Source: Phoronis australis
Lineage: Eukaryota > Animalia > Phoronida
DNA: 64,000 bases
Direction: 5' to 3'
NCBI GenBank assembly: GCA_002633005.1
Contig: NMRA01000266.1
Coordinates: 136,544 to 200,543, forward strand
The notes below the pieces were generated by a model that searched no databases, was not told the DNA's origin, and saw only the letters and a program-made list of their open reading frames with translations. Shown one piece after another: positions 1 through 13,821 of the stretch. Made by a program: the position numbers and the translations under genes. Every line of letters begins with the position of its first letter. Position 1 is the first letter of the stretch.

Positions 1-121
1 GGATTCACGCTGTCGGTAGCGCAGTTTACTCTGTACATTTTACCGGCCATGGTCGTCATCACGTTTCCCGTCGCATCAAGTTTCGGCCACGAAGAAGCAA
101 ATGTTAGTTGGGTTGGCCCGA
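1..121 (-). CDS. Multi-Ig gene, Ig exon 28 (partial, runs off the window)
   Basis: Acceptor ttatttcag|TC GGG CCA; reads GPTQLTFASSWPKLDATGNVMTTMAGKMYRVNCATDSVNP, same GP...CxxDxxxP pattern as the other exons. Confidence 0.85.
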
Positions 122-283
122 CTGAAATAATTACCTTATCAGGCGAAGGGACTCAAATTTGGAGTTCATCAGTGCAATTCGATTAAATTGTAGGTAAATC
201 TCCAGAAGTCTATTTGTATGCAACTAATTGAACAAGCACAAACATCTTGTGGTTTCTAGTTTTTATTTTTTTAACTTACGTAC

Positions 284-604
284 AGAAGACAACTAAACGG
301 ATAACCCTCTCCACCTTGCGGCTACGATTACGGTTGTTGGTCGCCTCACACGTTACGCTCTTTCCGTTTAACTGCGGCCGAGCTTCGAAGTGCAGCGATA
401 GGCGATAAATATATTTTTTGCCGGTGACTTTTTCCACCTGTCCAACCGACATACCAGGCAGGCTTTGCCACGTCATGATGATCCCAGGATTTACGGCATC
501 GCTAATGCAAGTGAACGTGTAATTTGACCCCGCGTGGAGTACTACAGTGTTGTTGAGTGTGACCGAATAGTTATTGCAATCCACTTTCAGAAACGACGGG
601 CCAA
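284..604 (-). CDS. Multi-Ig gene, Ig exon 27
   Basis: 321 nt, phase 1-1, T|gtacgt donor; YTFTCISDAVNP..MTW..NGKSVTCEATN. Confidence 0.9.
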
Positions 605-660
605 CTTAAAATAAAAAATACGGCAAGGTTACTTGAAAACGCCAGGTGGGTCTCTACACT

Positions 661-780
661 TGTGTTGTGGATGTGTGGTATTTTTGTAGTGCGGCTGCAA
701 CACGGCTTACTGTATATTCGATGTTGTATGGATGCGAAGTACTTTTGTAGTGCAGCTGCAACACGGCTTCCTGCATATTC
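661..780. repeat. Two-copy ~60-bp tandem repeat
   Basis: tttgtagtgc(g/a)gctgcaacacggctt..atattc repeated. Confidence 0.75.
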
Positions 781-1136
781 TACCGAGCACTGTTATTAAA
801 GACAAGATTTTTTCGCTAAGACAAATCTTTCACGTCCTTAACACTCACTGTCCGACAATAAGGGTTTAAGCGTCACAGAGAAAATCTCCCGGGTTCAAAA
901 TGTTTTACACACCAATTAACAGCGTTTATTGATACATTTAGCCACGTTTAGCTGTCTAAAACGACAGTCGAATTAGTTCTTTCACTTCTATAAATTAGTC
1001 TCAAAATTTACGAGACAACTCATTGACTGTTACCAACAGACACCCTCTTGCGGTCGATACATGTATACTCGTGGGAAAACCGTCGATTTCAGTGTGTTGG
1101 CCAATCATGATATTGGAAAACGAAATTAACCAAAAA

Positions 1137-1372
1137 GATGACGATAAAGATGATGACGAAGATTACGAATATGACGACGATGGTGGCGAGGATGAACAAA
1201 AGAAGTAATAATAACATACACATGTCGAACGTAGAACTCCGAAATCAGTAAGAAAAAGCCTACAGTCTTGAGCGACACTTGGCGAAATTAACGGAAAAGA
1301 CAACGACGGAGATGATGACGACGATGATGACGATGATGACGAATATGATGATGGTGGTGGTGGCGATGATGA
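1137..1372. repeat. Degenerate (GAT/GAC)n tracts in two related units
   Basis: gatgacga.. runs at about 1137-1195 and 1306-1372, both ending gaatatga..ggtggcga.gatgaacaa. Confidence 0.75.
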
Positions 1373-1499
1373 ACAACATCTCAACATTCATATGATGAAC
1401 TTGGATGTCATAAATCAATAAGAAATGGGCTACAGTCTAGTTCATAGAAGGTAAACCAACATCAATGCAGCCAGAGCGCTCAACAAAGGAACAGCGTTA

Positions 1500-2300
1500 T
1501 CAGAAAATCTCAAATAACCCGAAAAGTCGACTTCCTAGCGAAAAATGGAAAACATCTTCTGAAAGCCCGTTCAAAATTCTATCTAAACTGATGGTATCGC
1601 CTAATTCCGTAAATTTTTCAAAAAAATGAAATTTTGCGTTTTTTTTAAGAGATTCAAAGTCAAATAACTCGAAAACGGTAAGTCTCAGAAAAAAATTTTT
1701 ACAGGCCATTTGAAAGATAATACTTCAAAGAATCTACATGCAAAAATTCACGTCTTTTTCTCTTCCCGTTTAAAATCGCACTCCAGACGACTGAAAATGT
1801 GTCAACAGTTGCCATATCCGCCATCTTGAATGCAACTTCCGGTTTTTCGGATTTGTATAATAGCATGTTACAAGAAACTAATAGCTGTAAAAATTCGAAG
1901 GAATTGGTCTCATAATGCGCACTCTACAGGAGAAAACGTTTTTAGGCCAAAATCGAGGTGCGCATGCTCGATCGCCGATATTTCCGCAATCTTTAACCAA
2001 AAGTAAACAATTTCCAGTATACTTGTAGAAAACGTCCTGTTCATTTACTGTAGCGATTCTTAGCCTTTTAGGTGAAAAACTGTAGCCTCCAGAAGCATTT
2101 GAACCTTTAAATGACAACAAAATGGCCGCCACGACCGCCATCTTGAATCCGATTTTGACTAAAAATAATAGGTTTCCAGTACTTCCGGAAGTACGTGTTA
2201 CGTGTAAATTTCGTGATGATCGGACGAAAATTGCGACCTGTATCGTGCAAACAAAAAAAAACAAACTTAGTGACAGAGCAATATACTTGGCGAAATTTAT
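1500..2300. repeat. Probable interspersed repeat / non-autonomous element (ends not defined)
   Basis: Repeated ccgccatcttga(a) and aaaatggccgcc motifs typical of invertebrate non-autonomous elements; no coding signal. Confidence 0.35.
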
Positions 2301-2526
2301 TTCGCCAAGTAAAATTAGTGGAAGAGCAACATACGTGCAAGGGCTACCACCTAAATTAGGTCAATCACGTTACTCAAAAATAGCCAGCCCCTGATAGCAG
2401 GCTTGCATCACCGACCAGATGTTGAGTTTTCTCATCGATTAAGGAGTCGAAGTACACGTAAATGTAGGTTTAAATTGACAGCTACACAGGTGTGAGTGCA
2501 GCTTTACTAGAGCAAAAGCAACTTAC

Positions 2527-2862
2527 AAACTATCACAAGTTTCAGTGCCTTGGTTATGTTCAGAGTCGAATTGTCAATATTCCACGCATTGCATGAGACA
2601 ATGAACCCATCCTGGTCTCGCTGAGCAAGAAACCTAACTTGTTTCCAGTAACGCCTGCCTCCGTGGGCACTGGCGTTGCTGGACACGTCAGTCATGTTAC
2701 CAAACTGTGGCGCTTCGGTACTCAAGCGAATTTCAACTGCGTGGTTGACACCGTCCGTCGCACACGACAACATGTAAGCAGACGACTCGTGGAAATGCTC
2801 GAAGCTGCTATGAGGCGACAATGCTTGCTCGTTGCTGGTAAATGATAACGAATTAGGTCCAA
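2527..2862 (-). CDS. Multi-Ig gene, Ig exon 26
   Basis: 336 nt, phase 1-1, T|gtaagt; YMLSCATDGVN..DQDGFIVSCNAWN. Confidence 0.9.
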
Positions 2863-3994
2863 CTGTAAAAACGTATACTTACAAACATTAATGCAATTAG
2901 TATTGACAAATACACGGTTGTTGCTATTGCTAAATTTTCAGCATGCTTTTATTTCTTAGGAAACGGGGGTCTCTTACATGTAGGAGACCCTTTTACTGTA
3001 GGACCAAATCTGCGTGCTTACCATACAGGTATGCTATAATACGTAAAGACGTCCTGTACGCTTAAGTACGCAACCGTCTTAAAGTTAACAGAAATACAGT
3101 AAGCTTTTTGACTTCAAGAAACTTACTGAATGAAGTAGCTTGTTTGGTGGTTACCTTTAATTTCGAAAAAGGTTATATATACTATGTTTTATTAAGCACC
3201 GTTTATTCTATGACACTAAAAATGACACCAAGTCCGGAGTTGGTGTTTAACAGATTCTTAAAACGACTTTCCCGTCCAGTTCTTGGAAACGAAATTAGGG
3301 CATGTAGCACTCGACAGCCCTCGAAATCGTGGACGAAAATTTGAAAACTTATTGAAAGTCTGTTAAACGGGAAAGTTTGACGTAACTAGCCTTTTAAAAA
3401 CGTATATGGCAATCCAACAAGGAACACGATGTCCATTATGTGAAGTAGCGGTTTTGAGTTTGCAACTGATTCCTGTTTTTATCTTTCAAAATTGACGTCA
3501 ACGCTGTATCAGAAGGTGACAAAACGAGAATTGGTTGAAATCGTCAAAACAGGGGTTATTATCTCTTTCATTTTGTGGACAGTCAACCAGTCAGAAGCTT
3601 AATCACCTACTTAAATAGCTCGACATAGTTGTAATAAAGTGTTCAATATACTCACATATCCTACCAACATTTGGGAATTTCATAAAATTTCCTGAATGAA
3701 ATTCACAAGCGGCATGGGGCAAGAGTATTTGTCCACAGCACATAGCTTCCTGGGCGGACCGTTGAACTCGCCCACAGCAACGAATGGGATAATTGACTTG
3801 GCAAGTTAACTCACTCATAGGAGGATAGGGGTTACAAGTGATATTTTGTGTTTTAGCATTTGCCTTCTGCAATTTTGTAAATAAAGTTGGGACGAAAGAG
3901 ACTTAGTCTTTCCCTTACAGAATCGAGCCTTTTTATGTTCTTCTTTATATGTGTCCCATACCTTGAACGAGAAGCGACAGTTAACCCTACTTAC

Positions 3995-4324
3995 AAAGCA
4001 CATCAAGGTCAATTTTTCTTTCCTCCATAAACTTCTCGTGTCGAAGATTGACGGTTCTGCACGTTACTTGAACATCATTCAGCAGTGGTGCCGCCGTGAA
4101 CGACAACACCCTGTGATAGACCAGTCCGTTGTCATAACCATTCTTGTAAGTGACTGCCTCTTCCTGTGACATGAGCGTGCTCATATTCGTCCAAGTCATG
4201 CTGGCTTCCGGCCACAAACTGTCTGACTGGCAGCGCAGATTGTGGAAGTCCCCGCTGGTTACACGGAACAGGCCTTTAATTTTTCTGTCCTCTTTGTCAG
4301 TAACATTCAAGTCGTAGGGTCCAA
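3995..4324 (-). CDS. Multi-Ig gene, Ig exon 25
   Basis: 330 nt, phase 1-1; LRCQSDSLWPEASMTW..NDVQVTCRTVN. Confidence 0.9.
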
Positions 4325-4802
4325 CTTCAAAAAGTTGTGAAAGACCATAATCAAGATTTTATTTTTAAGTGCTCATTACATCAAGATCAATAATGATTTC
4401 AGCTTTAACTTAGCCCGTTTTGGGCGTCTTGTCACTTTAACATTAGCACAATAAGTTGGGGTGCGATCCAGTGAGTAATTTCTTTGTAGGAAATGTGAGG
4501 ATTTGCAAAATTATACAGAATCAAGAAGAGAGGCGAATGAGTAGTAAGCTCGTTACCTTGCGCTTGCGCATTATCAAAATGGCTGGCAATGTCTCAGTAG
4601 TGTTGAATTATAATAAAATTTCCTCGTTTTCCGGTTTAAAAGCGAATATTTCGGGCATCAAGTAATTAGCAAGTCGTTTGCATAAACGGAACGCAGCCAC
4701 GTTTAGTCGGTTGGCAATGAAAGGGTCCCCAAGCATAATTTTAGTTGAGGCACCTGTTACGTTTGCGATGTTCCCGAAGACATATATGCAAGGGACACTT
4801 AC

Positions 4803-5129
4803 ACACGACTTGCAACCTCATTGTCTTCGAAACTTTGAAGGCAGCGTTTCTGTTATTGATGGCACTGAACTGCATGAGCTTTTGGTTATAGTGAGGCAGC
4901 GGGCGAAAGTCGATCTTGACAATGTAGCGTGTGACTTCTCTGTGATCAACTGTTTGGCTGTAGACTACCCTTGCAAAGTTGGCCGTCACTTCAACGGTGG
5001 CGCTTGGGTAGACGTCATCCAGCAAGTACAGCACGTGCACGGGCTCAAGTTGGTGGATAAACGTGCACGTGTTTTCATGTAAATCAGTGATTCCATTGGA
5101 TGCATTGAACGCCTGCTTCGTGGGTCCAA
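4803..5129 (-). CDS. Multi-Ig gene, Ig exon 24 (canonical Cys pair absent)
   Basis: 327 nt, phase 1-1; VGP start, VLYLLDDVYP..NQKLMQFSAINN. Confidence 0.85.
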
Positions 5130-5567
5130 CTGGAGAAAGTAACATGGGAATAACGTTAGCAAAAATTGCTAAGTCATGACAAAGTTAGGCGATTTGTTTT
5201 TTACCCGCAGAGTCTCAAAAAAACTTTTGAGACATCAATGTATTTATGAGGGGATTTCAACTGTTCTTTGCTAGAAAGTAGTGCAGCTGTGAATATTTCC
5301 ACCAGATGAGGTTTATTGGATCCCGAAACATACAATTTTATTTAGCCATACGGCAAAAAGGTAAATTGGCTGTGAAATTAACTCTTGAAATGCTCTCCTA
5401 GAGCTCTGGTCACACCGACTGAAATGCTCACTAAATACTTATTTTGTTTATTTTTCCCATGCCTCATCCACGGTATCTTGAATTTCAAACAGAGAAAAAT
5501 ATCAACAAGCCATGTGTGAGGATTTTTATGGAATATGTAACTCCTATCGGAATTCGCTGGAACTTAC

Positions 5568-5897
5568 AAATGATGCTCAGTAGAACACGTGACACCACTT
5601 TGTTCGGCAAACCCTTCGTATTTTTGGCCTCGCAAGCCAACGTATTCCGGTGATATCCCTTGCCTGCCATGAACGTCAACGTCGCCCAATATATGCTTCC
5701 CTGGTGTTCTCCGTACATAGAGGAAAGCGGAAACGGGCCCAGGTCCTGTCCATCTTTTAGCCAAGTCATGTTCACTTCTGGTGATACCTCGTCCGTCGTG
5801 CACCTAAGTGAGTACGTTTGGCCGCTTATCATGTTGGTGGCGTTCCCCATTTTCAAGAGGGTGTTAAGGTCTCTTATCGTTAGGGTTAACGGTCCGA
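5568..5897 (-). CDS. Multi-Ig gene, Ig exon 23
   Basis: 330 nt, phase 1-1; YSLRCTTDEVSPEVNMTWLKDG..TLACEAKN. Confidence 0.92.
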
Positions 5898-6518
5898 CTT
5901 GAAAAAGAAGCAATACGAGATTTGTGCCTCGACCACAAATGCTACGGCATGAAGTTTTGTAATTGAAAGTCGCATATATATTGTTTCTATAATATGGAAT
6001 ATGTCCTCAATTGCCACGGCCTGTGTTCGACTCGTGGCATATTGTTGTTGACTCGTGCACACGATTGCTACATGTAACTTGACACACTACGTGTTTTATG
6101 TTTGTTCAACTTTTGACATCACTGGCTTATCACTGCATGTTGCTTTCAAAACGCGCCCTACGGAATCAGTCATGTACGTATCCTGATGACCTCACTTTGT
6201 ACACGAAACGCCAAGGGGCTGCACAAAACATTAAACACGACTCTACCGTGAAATACGAATGAGATAGTATCTTGTGGTCTTAAACACGCTTATACGAAAG
6301 ATGAAAACATTGATACGTTACTATAATAGGAAATGATAGGCCTATACTTATCGGAGCCTAGTGCAAAATAAGTCAAAGTACTCAATTCCGTCTAATCAAG
6401 TATTGTGAACTTATTGACTGTGGGTCCCTACCAGATTCATTGACGCCATTATCATTTTAAGCATGGGCTGAGCGGCAAATGTTGACAAAATAATGATAAG
6501 GAATAAAACGTGACATAC

Positions 6519-6860
6519 ATACGACTGTCATTCGCAGGCGTTGGGAGGCTTGAAATCTGTTGTGGCGCACATTCTCCGCTACAAACGTAACACCCCTTTT
6601 ATTGTGCATTGCCAAAGGTACAAACGACCAATTAGCAGAGAACTCAATGCCGAGATCGCCAAGGCTAGTGTTGCTTGCATACCACGAGGTCAGACCCTGT
6701 GGCAGATGTGTCCAAGACACCGTTGCTTCTTCATTAACACCATCTGTAGAGCATTGTATCCAACTAGCCGTGCCGTTTCGAACCAGAAAGTTGACTACCT
6801 CTCCCGGCTTCGTGTCGACACGTCCATTTCCGGTGATGCATTCGATGCGCGTGGGTCCAA
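6519..6860 (-). CDS. Multi-Ig gene, Ig exon 22
   Basis: 342 nt, phase 1-1, T|gtatgt; VSWTHLP..HNKRGVTFVAEN (F-strand Cys replaced). Confidence 0.85.
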
Positions 6861-7201
6861 CTACAAATCATATTAAAGAATGGATTTCCTGGTCCGTCGG
6901 GTGTAGCCTAGGAATGGATATCAGGAATTCGATCGAATTTATTTCTGAATAATGAAGTGCACTATTTTGTCATCGGATTCATGCGCTGACAATTCGTCTT
7001 GAGAAATTTACGTGAAACTTCCTTGGAAGAAAGCTAGAATACTTTAGGATAGCGGCTACCACTGGCGGTCCAGCATTTGAATTCCAACAGAAACTACATG
7101 TACGTCCTTCATTACTACCAAAGACAGAATCGAAAATAACACCTACAAGGATACATGTACTTGTTCTAGATGCAAAAAATGAAGGCTGATCTTGTCCTTA
7201 C

Positions 7202-7537
7202 ATCCCACGTTGAGTTGCACCTGTGCAGAGACCGTGAACCCAGCATGCTTTGCATTGGTCAGTTTGCATTTGACCCATTTGTTGTGGAGTGCTGTTGTCA
7301 CGCTGACTTTGACGTTCGTTTGATATACGGCACCGAAAAATTTCGACGATTTTGTAATCTTGGTAACCCCTCCTGATTTCACGGCAACGTCTCCTGCTGT
7401 CCACGTAGCAGTAACCTCAGGATATGCGTGGTCCGACTCGCAGATGAATTGATATCTGGTGTCTCTCACTACCCAAAGGGGCCTCGTAATCTCACGAACT
7501 CTTATTGCGTCCAGGATTTTGACCTTTGCCGGGCCAA
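7202..7537 (-). CDS. Multi-Ig gene, Ig exon 21
   Basis: 336 nt, phase 1-1; YQFICESDHAYPEVTATW..HNKWVKCKLTN. Confidence 0.9.
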
Positions 7538-8113
7538 CTGTAAAAAGGTACGAACACTACATTCCAAGCTAAGCCTGTTGCTAACAATATCATTACCTAC
7601 ACCTGTAGGCTGATCACGTGTTATATGTTCGTGGTAAGCATGCGGCTAAGCTGAAGTGGTTTATAGAAAACGCGTTATATGCCCTTTGGAAAGGAAGATA
7701 CGTTTAGTAATGTCGTCTCCCACCGATGTTGCATTGCGAACGTTAGTTGTTTTTTTTTTGCTGCTTTCTCCTATTACTTAGTTGTGCACACCCTAAAAGG
7801 CGGTCACCTGTATTGCGCGTCTGACACATACAGGGTTTACATGTATGTGCGCTTTCTCTGCCGAATGAGCCTGATTCAGTCACCGGGGGCTTTCTCCTAA
7901 TAAGTTGCGGCGCTTACCGGGGTCTGCCCACCGCTTTGTTACTGACTGAGTGTGGGGAATCGATTTCTTCTTTGGCCAATTTTTTGAAAGGCTGTAAGAT
8001 GGTGACATGAAGAGATTTCCCGTTACTTCAGTCAGGAGGGCGTAAAGAGGAGGCCAGAGGAAATGTGAAATTTTATCAAGACACGTTACGGCATTTCATA
8101 AGCTAATACTCAC

Positions 8114-8452
8114 AAATTATATCAAGGCCGACTTCCATCGACCTATTCTTGTTTGGAGCTTTCACGTTCATCACGGAACAGGATAAAGGTTTCTTGTTCA
8201 GCGGCACTTCCGCCATGAACGACATGTTGACGGTGACAACTTTTTGGGCGCTTCCAGTCGTCGTCTTGGTAACGGTAACGGTTGATGTTGACTGTCTAGT
8301 CGGCTCACCGTGGCACTGGGCGTCAGCGTCTGGTTTAACTTGGTCTGAGGTGCAGATTATTGATACAGTCGCGTTTTCCACTGCCGTCAGCGTTCTGGCC
8401 GCAGCGTCGTATTGGGCATTGACGTAGATACAGTCAAACACCGTAGGTCCAA
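8114..8452 (-). CDS. Multi-Ig gene, Ig exon 20
   Basis: 339 nt, phase 1-1, T|gtgagt; VSIICTSDQVKP..NKKPLSCSVMN. Confidence 0.9.
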
Positions 8453-9180
8453 CTGCATGGAAATTCGAATTAAATGTTACAGTTTTAGGACGACACGAGA
8501 TCAAACGTGCACGGTAGTTAAATATCTGGCTCCTTGAGCAACGGCCTATAGTGAACTTGCGTTGGCGTGTACTGAATATAAAAGAATGGAAATACACACG
8601 TGTACACGCATGCTTGTCAATGTACCAATCCCCAATCAAAGTGGACGCTGGACGAAAAACTTACTTTTACTTGAAGATCACGTGCAATTCGAAATTTGGA
8701 AATGCCTGCATTTGGCCGTAAACTGTCGTGGGCGTACGCCCTCTTTTTGCTACTTTTTTCTTAATTGGCGATTTTAAGGCATACCCACCGCATTATAAAT
8801 TTAGTGAGCTGGCTTGTTGGTATCGAGCCTAACACCCTAACTACATGTATTGTCGTGTACTTCTAGACTCCCTTCTTATTTTCAAGTTCTAGGAAACACG
8901 CGCGACCAACTCCAATCGTATGAACGATACTGCCATCTAAAACAGCAATCGGGTAAAGTTTTCCGGGAACGGCCAGATGATTGCGTGAAGTAAATTCGAA
9001 TTACCGGTATACTAACTCAGCTATTGGTGTAGTAATTGTAGATGCAACAATTTTGATGCTGTTGTTCACCTGTATCCTATGTGTATCGGATAGGCGGAGG
9101 GAGGGGGGTTCGATCAAACTCCCAGAGCCCCTCTGGCTAAGGGCCTACAGTGAGTGACGTAATCAGCGATGGTCACTTAC

Positions 9181-9516
9181 ACTTAATAAACATGCGCAAC
9201 CAGTTATCTTTTGAGAACACACTGTTTTGCTCGTTCGTAGCAGTGCACCTTTTTGATACGCCATCGTCACTGTTCTGTGCCGTAAACGTCAACGTTCTCT
9301 CAAAGATGTATCCTTGAACTTCATTTCCTTCACGCACCGTGTTGCGTAAAAGCGACTCGTCGATTGGTTTAGCCGGATCACTTGTCCAACTGATGACGCA
9401 GCTCTCCGATACAGAATCCGTCGTGCAAATTAATGTTACAGTCTCGCCCTCACTTACCCAGAGTTCTCTGCCAACCACGACGCCATTTCGTGTAATACCC
9501 ACTGATGATGGACCAA
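9181..9516 (-). CDS. Multi-Ig gene, Ig exon 19 (block B, unit 9)
   Basis: 336 nt, phase 1-1; VTLICTTDSVSESCVISW..DDGVSKRCTATN; paralogue of 26070-26405. Confidence 0.92.
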
Positions 9517-11209
9517 CTGTAATGTCATAATCCCTCAAACAATGACAGGCTGACAGGCACCGACTACAACTTCAACTAGTAGCAAGTAGTCACAATCACT
9601 CCATCAACCAGCGGGTTCTAAGTTGCATGTACATTCAGAATACTCATGAGCGCAAAACGGAAATCTTTTCAGGAATGATAGGGTATTACAGGTACCTACT
9701 GGATGAAAGTATTGTTCCTTTAAGCTGTGGGCCGCAAACCGCGGGAGATCTTCTAAATAGTTTATATGCCTACATGTACCTTGCGGGAGTGGGGCAATTT
9801 TGCTTCAATTCCTTTGAAAGCACTGTATTTTGTAAACCTCTTACGACCCCACGCTCATACTTGCACAGGATCACAGGGTCTGGGCCTACTAAAAGAGTTA
9901 CAAACCCGCCTTCCATCAAATTTTTTTAGAGCACATACCGTTCCGAAATTGATCTTGTTCAAATTCTTCCTCAGTCAAATTGGAGATGATTTGGTTGCTT
10001 AAGGTTTTTATTCTATTGAGCGTATATAACAAAAACGGAGGAACAACTTGGGCGACTCAAAAAGACGTGGTTTTTTAATATGTATTTGGCCATGTTCGGG
10101 CTCAGGAAGGGGTAGGGGATAAGGCGATTTTTCTGTCTGAATTTATACAAGGGGGAAAGGATTTCGCGTTAAAAAATGGAAAATTAAATTCGATTTTAAC
10201 AGTAATTTAACTTTCTATGCTAACGTGTTTCAATATCTCTGTAAGGTGCAATACCTTAACATGCATGTACAGAAAATGCAAATCTTAGAAAATCCATAAC
10301 TAAAATTAAATAGCCCAATTATTGTTCAGAAATCGAAGCAGGAAGGGGAAATTGATAGGAATTGAGAACTGTATGATTTGCCAAAAGTTTGGAATTTTTG
10401 TTGCTGAGGGCGAGTTCCATTTTATACAAACTGTACTTCATTCATGCATTAAAAACTTGCTCATATTCTGCTTTCATTATGTAAATGCAAGACGTCTCAC
10501 AAATGCTCAGTCTGTCTAAATACCTGTAGTGTGCCTGGTGAGCCAGAGAATTATATTATGAGTATTGAGTGATGATCGGTACATGTACATGTACATTCCA
10601 GTTATGCAAGCGTTTTAATTTGTACTTTATTTGTTTTGATAATAGGGGACTATGGGTCGGAGCCCTTCAAGTTCAATAAAATTGTAGGTTGGTGTAAGTT
10701 GTGGTAAGTTGTTGTAATTTGTTGTAAGTTCGTCATTGGCTAGGACCAGACCCTGTATTTTGGTTTGCCATGCTTGTCATTTTTGCGCCGAGCATTGTGT
10801 CATCAGCGAATAACGAAATCTATGTGCCATGCTAACCCGAAAATCACATATTGCATGTATATGAGTGAGCAGCAAGTTCACGCCAAGTGGTAAGTACGTG
10901 AAGTACTAATTAAAATGAAATCTGACTGGTTTGATTGCTGCTTTAATGTTATTTCATAAATGACTTGAATTGAGTTTTTAAGATTTCGATTATTTGCATC
11001 AGCGATTTAGGTGTAGTTTCAATTACACAGAATTTCAGGAGTGCGCTTTAACACTGTAACTGTCGTCAGAAAACATTCAACATGATTCTTAGATGTAACG
11101 ACCTTGAGTTGACTTCATTTGAATACACTATTTGCTAGTAAGTCAACATCATGTACGATGGGATTAGGTATTCTAAACAATTATTAAGGTATTAATCACT
11201 TGCGCGTAC

Positions 11210-11536
11210 ATATTACGACCAAAGTATGAAGCTGGGATAGACGTTTTCCAGTTTGAGGGTTCTTCACGGAGTATACTACGCTCTCATAGTTGTCCGCTGG
11301 TTCTGGAGTGGCGCTGAATATCGTTGCACTCGTGTAGGCACCTGGTATCGCAGATTTATCGTAACTCACAAAGTAAGTGCCACCTCTGACGTCGTGGATT
11401 ATCTCAACTGTTCCATTTGGACTGGCCGCAGTAGTCGTGTAAGTAGTAAAGAATTGCTGGTTGGAAATGGCATATATCTTATTCTGGTCTGAGAATCTGG
11501 CCTTGGAAATGTTAACGCCGACGTCATCAGGTCCAA
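11210..11536 (-). CDS. Multi-Ig gene, Ig exon 18 (block B, unit 8; no Cys)
   Basis: 327 nt, phase 1-1; SPNGTVEIIHDVRGG..FSATPEPADN; paralogue of 27748-28077. Confidence 0.88.
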
Positions 11537-11717
11537 CTAAAAGCGAGAAAAACATTGTGGTAACTGCAGAAGACGCCTGAGTTAGGCGTAATCTACAATG
11601 AAATTGTCAACCTTTGTGATAGGATTTCGAATTACTAGTCCCAAATTCAGCTCTGGAAAAATTATATGCACTTCGCAGCAACAATTAGCTTAACAAAGCC
11701 CAGTAAAGAGTTCTTAC

Positions 11718-12053
11718 AGGCAACTCTCAGATGGAGTTCCATTCCTACAGTCCGATTGAAGATCTCATTTGTTGCCGCAAACTTGAACGAGAGCGTGTTA
11801 GCTACTCTGGTCAGCTTCAGCTCAAATTCCACCACAGTGTTTTCTTGTTCGCTCTTCAATATTTTTTTAACGTCAGAAGTTAACAGCGAAGCGTTTTGAG
11901 GAGCGAATTGAACGTTGTCGAGCGTCAGGGCAGGGTTTGTGTCGTCTACGGTGAATATTAGGCGGAACTGCCGATTCTCGTGAACCGTCACCCAATGACT
12001 TGCTTTATCATAGCTACAGTTCGCCACCTTCAGGGAAACCGAGGTAGGGCCGT
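11718..12053 (-). CDS. Multi-Ig gene, Ig exon 17 (block B, unit 7)
   Basis: 336 nt, phase 1-1; WVTVHENRQFRLIFTVDDTNP; paralogue of 28781-29101. Confidence 0.88.
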
Positions 12054-13494
12054 CTACAAAAGTTGTTCTTGAATTTACAGTGATACAGTACCAAATGGAC
12101 TTCTTGAAGCTACATTTTTGTTTACGGAATGGCGAAAACAAAGTAGGAAGTGGACAAACCTCGGTTGATCAACAGAGCCACGGTGGGCAGCTACGCTTAC
12201 GCACTTTATATGAATCTTCAGTTGCAGGATTATGGCGTGCCTATTAAAAATGCTTTGTGTTCAGTTGTACAAATAAACAGTAAAGTGGTTATTTTATTGA
12301 TCTCTCCCGGGGTGCTTGGTTCAGAATATGGGCGAAATGACATGAATTTTAGCAGCAGGGTATTCATCTTAGTGGGTGTTATACCCCAGACAAGAGGTTT
12401 TGGACTGATGTGTGCAGTTCAGATGAAGATTTTTGTACTTTTAGACAGTACGAGAAACGAAGTTACAGTATGTAACAATCAATGTCAAACCATGTTTAAC
12501 GAATTTTTCAACAGAGGGCACTACAGCCGAATTATGCGAAGTTCATGCATGCGGTGCACAACAATATCTGTGAGGTGACATCTCCACGTTTGACCGACTT
12601 GTAACATGATGCAATTTGCAAGGAAAAGTGGGTGGCTTGTGCAGAAATGTGTTCATTAGCGGGTTTTCGGTAAGTGGCTACGGACATGAAAGAAACATTA
12701 CAGCGTTTTCCCGTTCCATGGCTTAGGGTGTAGACGTAGGGTGTTCTGAGTGTGTGATAACATCTAGCTTCTTTGTTGACTGCCAAGCACACTGTTTTGT
12801 CTGTTATGACAACACGCAGGCCACTTACATTGTACATGTATCTACCATGCTTATTACAGACCAAGTGTGAACACAGTCAAACTCAGAGTGAATTGGTGTA
12901 TTCAGAAAGAATATATTGTAGTAACTTCGGTTGCAGTTGGGCGATTTTGGCGATTCAAAAACTAAACATGATCACCAGTTGACGAAGATTTCAGAAATGC
13001 TACTGGTTTATGTTCAAATATCTTATAACTTAACTTTTATTTTTAACAGCACAGCCCAATCAGGGTAGATACGATCTCATTGGAAATTAGAGCAAATATC
13101 GAACAAAAGAGAGCTGGCCCTCCAACCATAAATGCCAGAATGGAGTAAATCAAACATGTAAGATAATGGCTACATGGGTGTTCTTCCCAACTTGTTGTTG
13201 GGCTATAGTATCTAACAAGTTGGGAGCAACGGGAAAACGCCGTAATGATTTTCTGGTCAAATTCATCGCACAGCGAAGTAAACAAATTTCTTTTGCCACC
13301 GTATGCACGATGCGTTGGCGGTACCGCAGAGTTGAAGGGTATACATGTTACCGCATAATTTCACGTCCAGTAAACAATCGGTCTATTCGAGAACACGTGG
13401 ATGCCACGGTAACAGATTACTGCTATGGAATTGCAACTTTCGTTCGAAAACTAAGTAAAAAACTCTAGTTGAATTCAGATTGCCCCATGCTTAC

Positions 13495-13821
13495 ACAGTA
13501 CATTGAGTTCGAAGGTTTTGTTGGCGATTATCGCCCCGTGTCGCCTGTTGGCGGCTATGCAAGTTATACGTAAGCCATTAACGTCTTTGGACATCGGAAT
13601 GGTGAATGGCCTTGCTTGCCTTACAGCCGTGTCCGTTTCGCTGACGACATAGTCTTGAAGCACAACCACTTTTGTTGAATCGCTGATAATGCTGATGTTG
13701 GCCCCAGGCCAGGAGTCGTCGGACTCGCATCGAAACGGAATCGTCAAACCAATATCAAAGGTTGCTGAGGGCTCAATTCGCATGCCAGTGTCTTGAAAAA
13801 TTGCGACAGCATCGGGTCCAT
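13495..13821 (-). CDS. Multi-Ig gene, Ig exon 16 (block B, unit 6)
   Basis: 327 nt, phase 1-1; FRCESDDSWPGANISI..GLRITCIAAN; paralogue of 29551-29880. Confidence 0.9.

Noticed and set aside
1023-1387. Poly-Asp and poly-Ser ORFs
   Set aside because: By-products of GAT/GAC microsatellites in an intron
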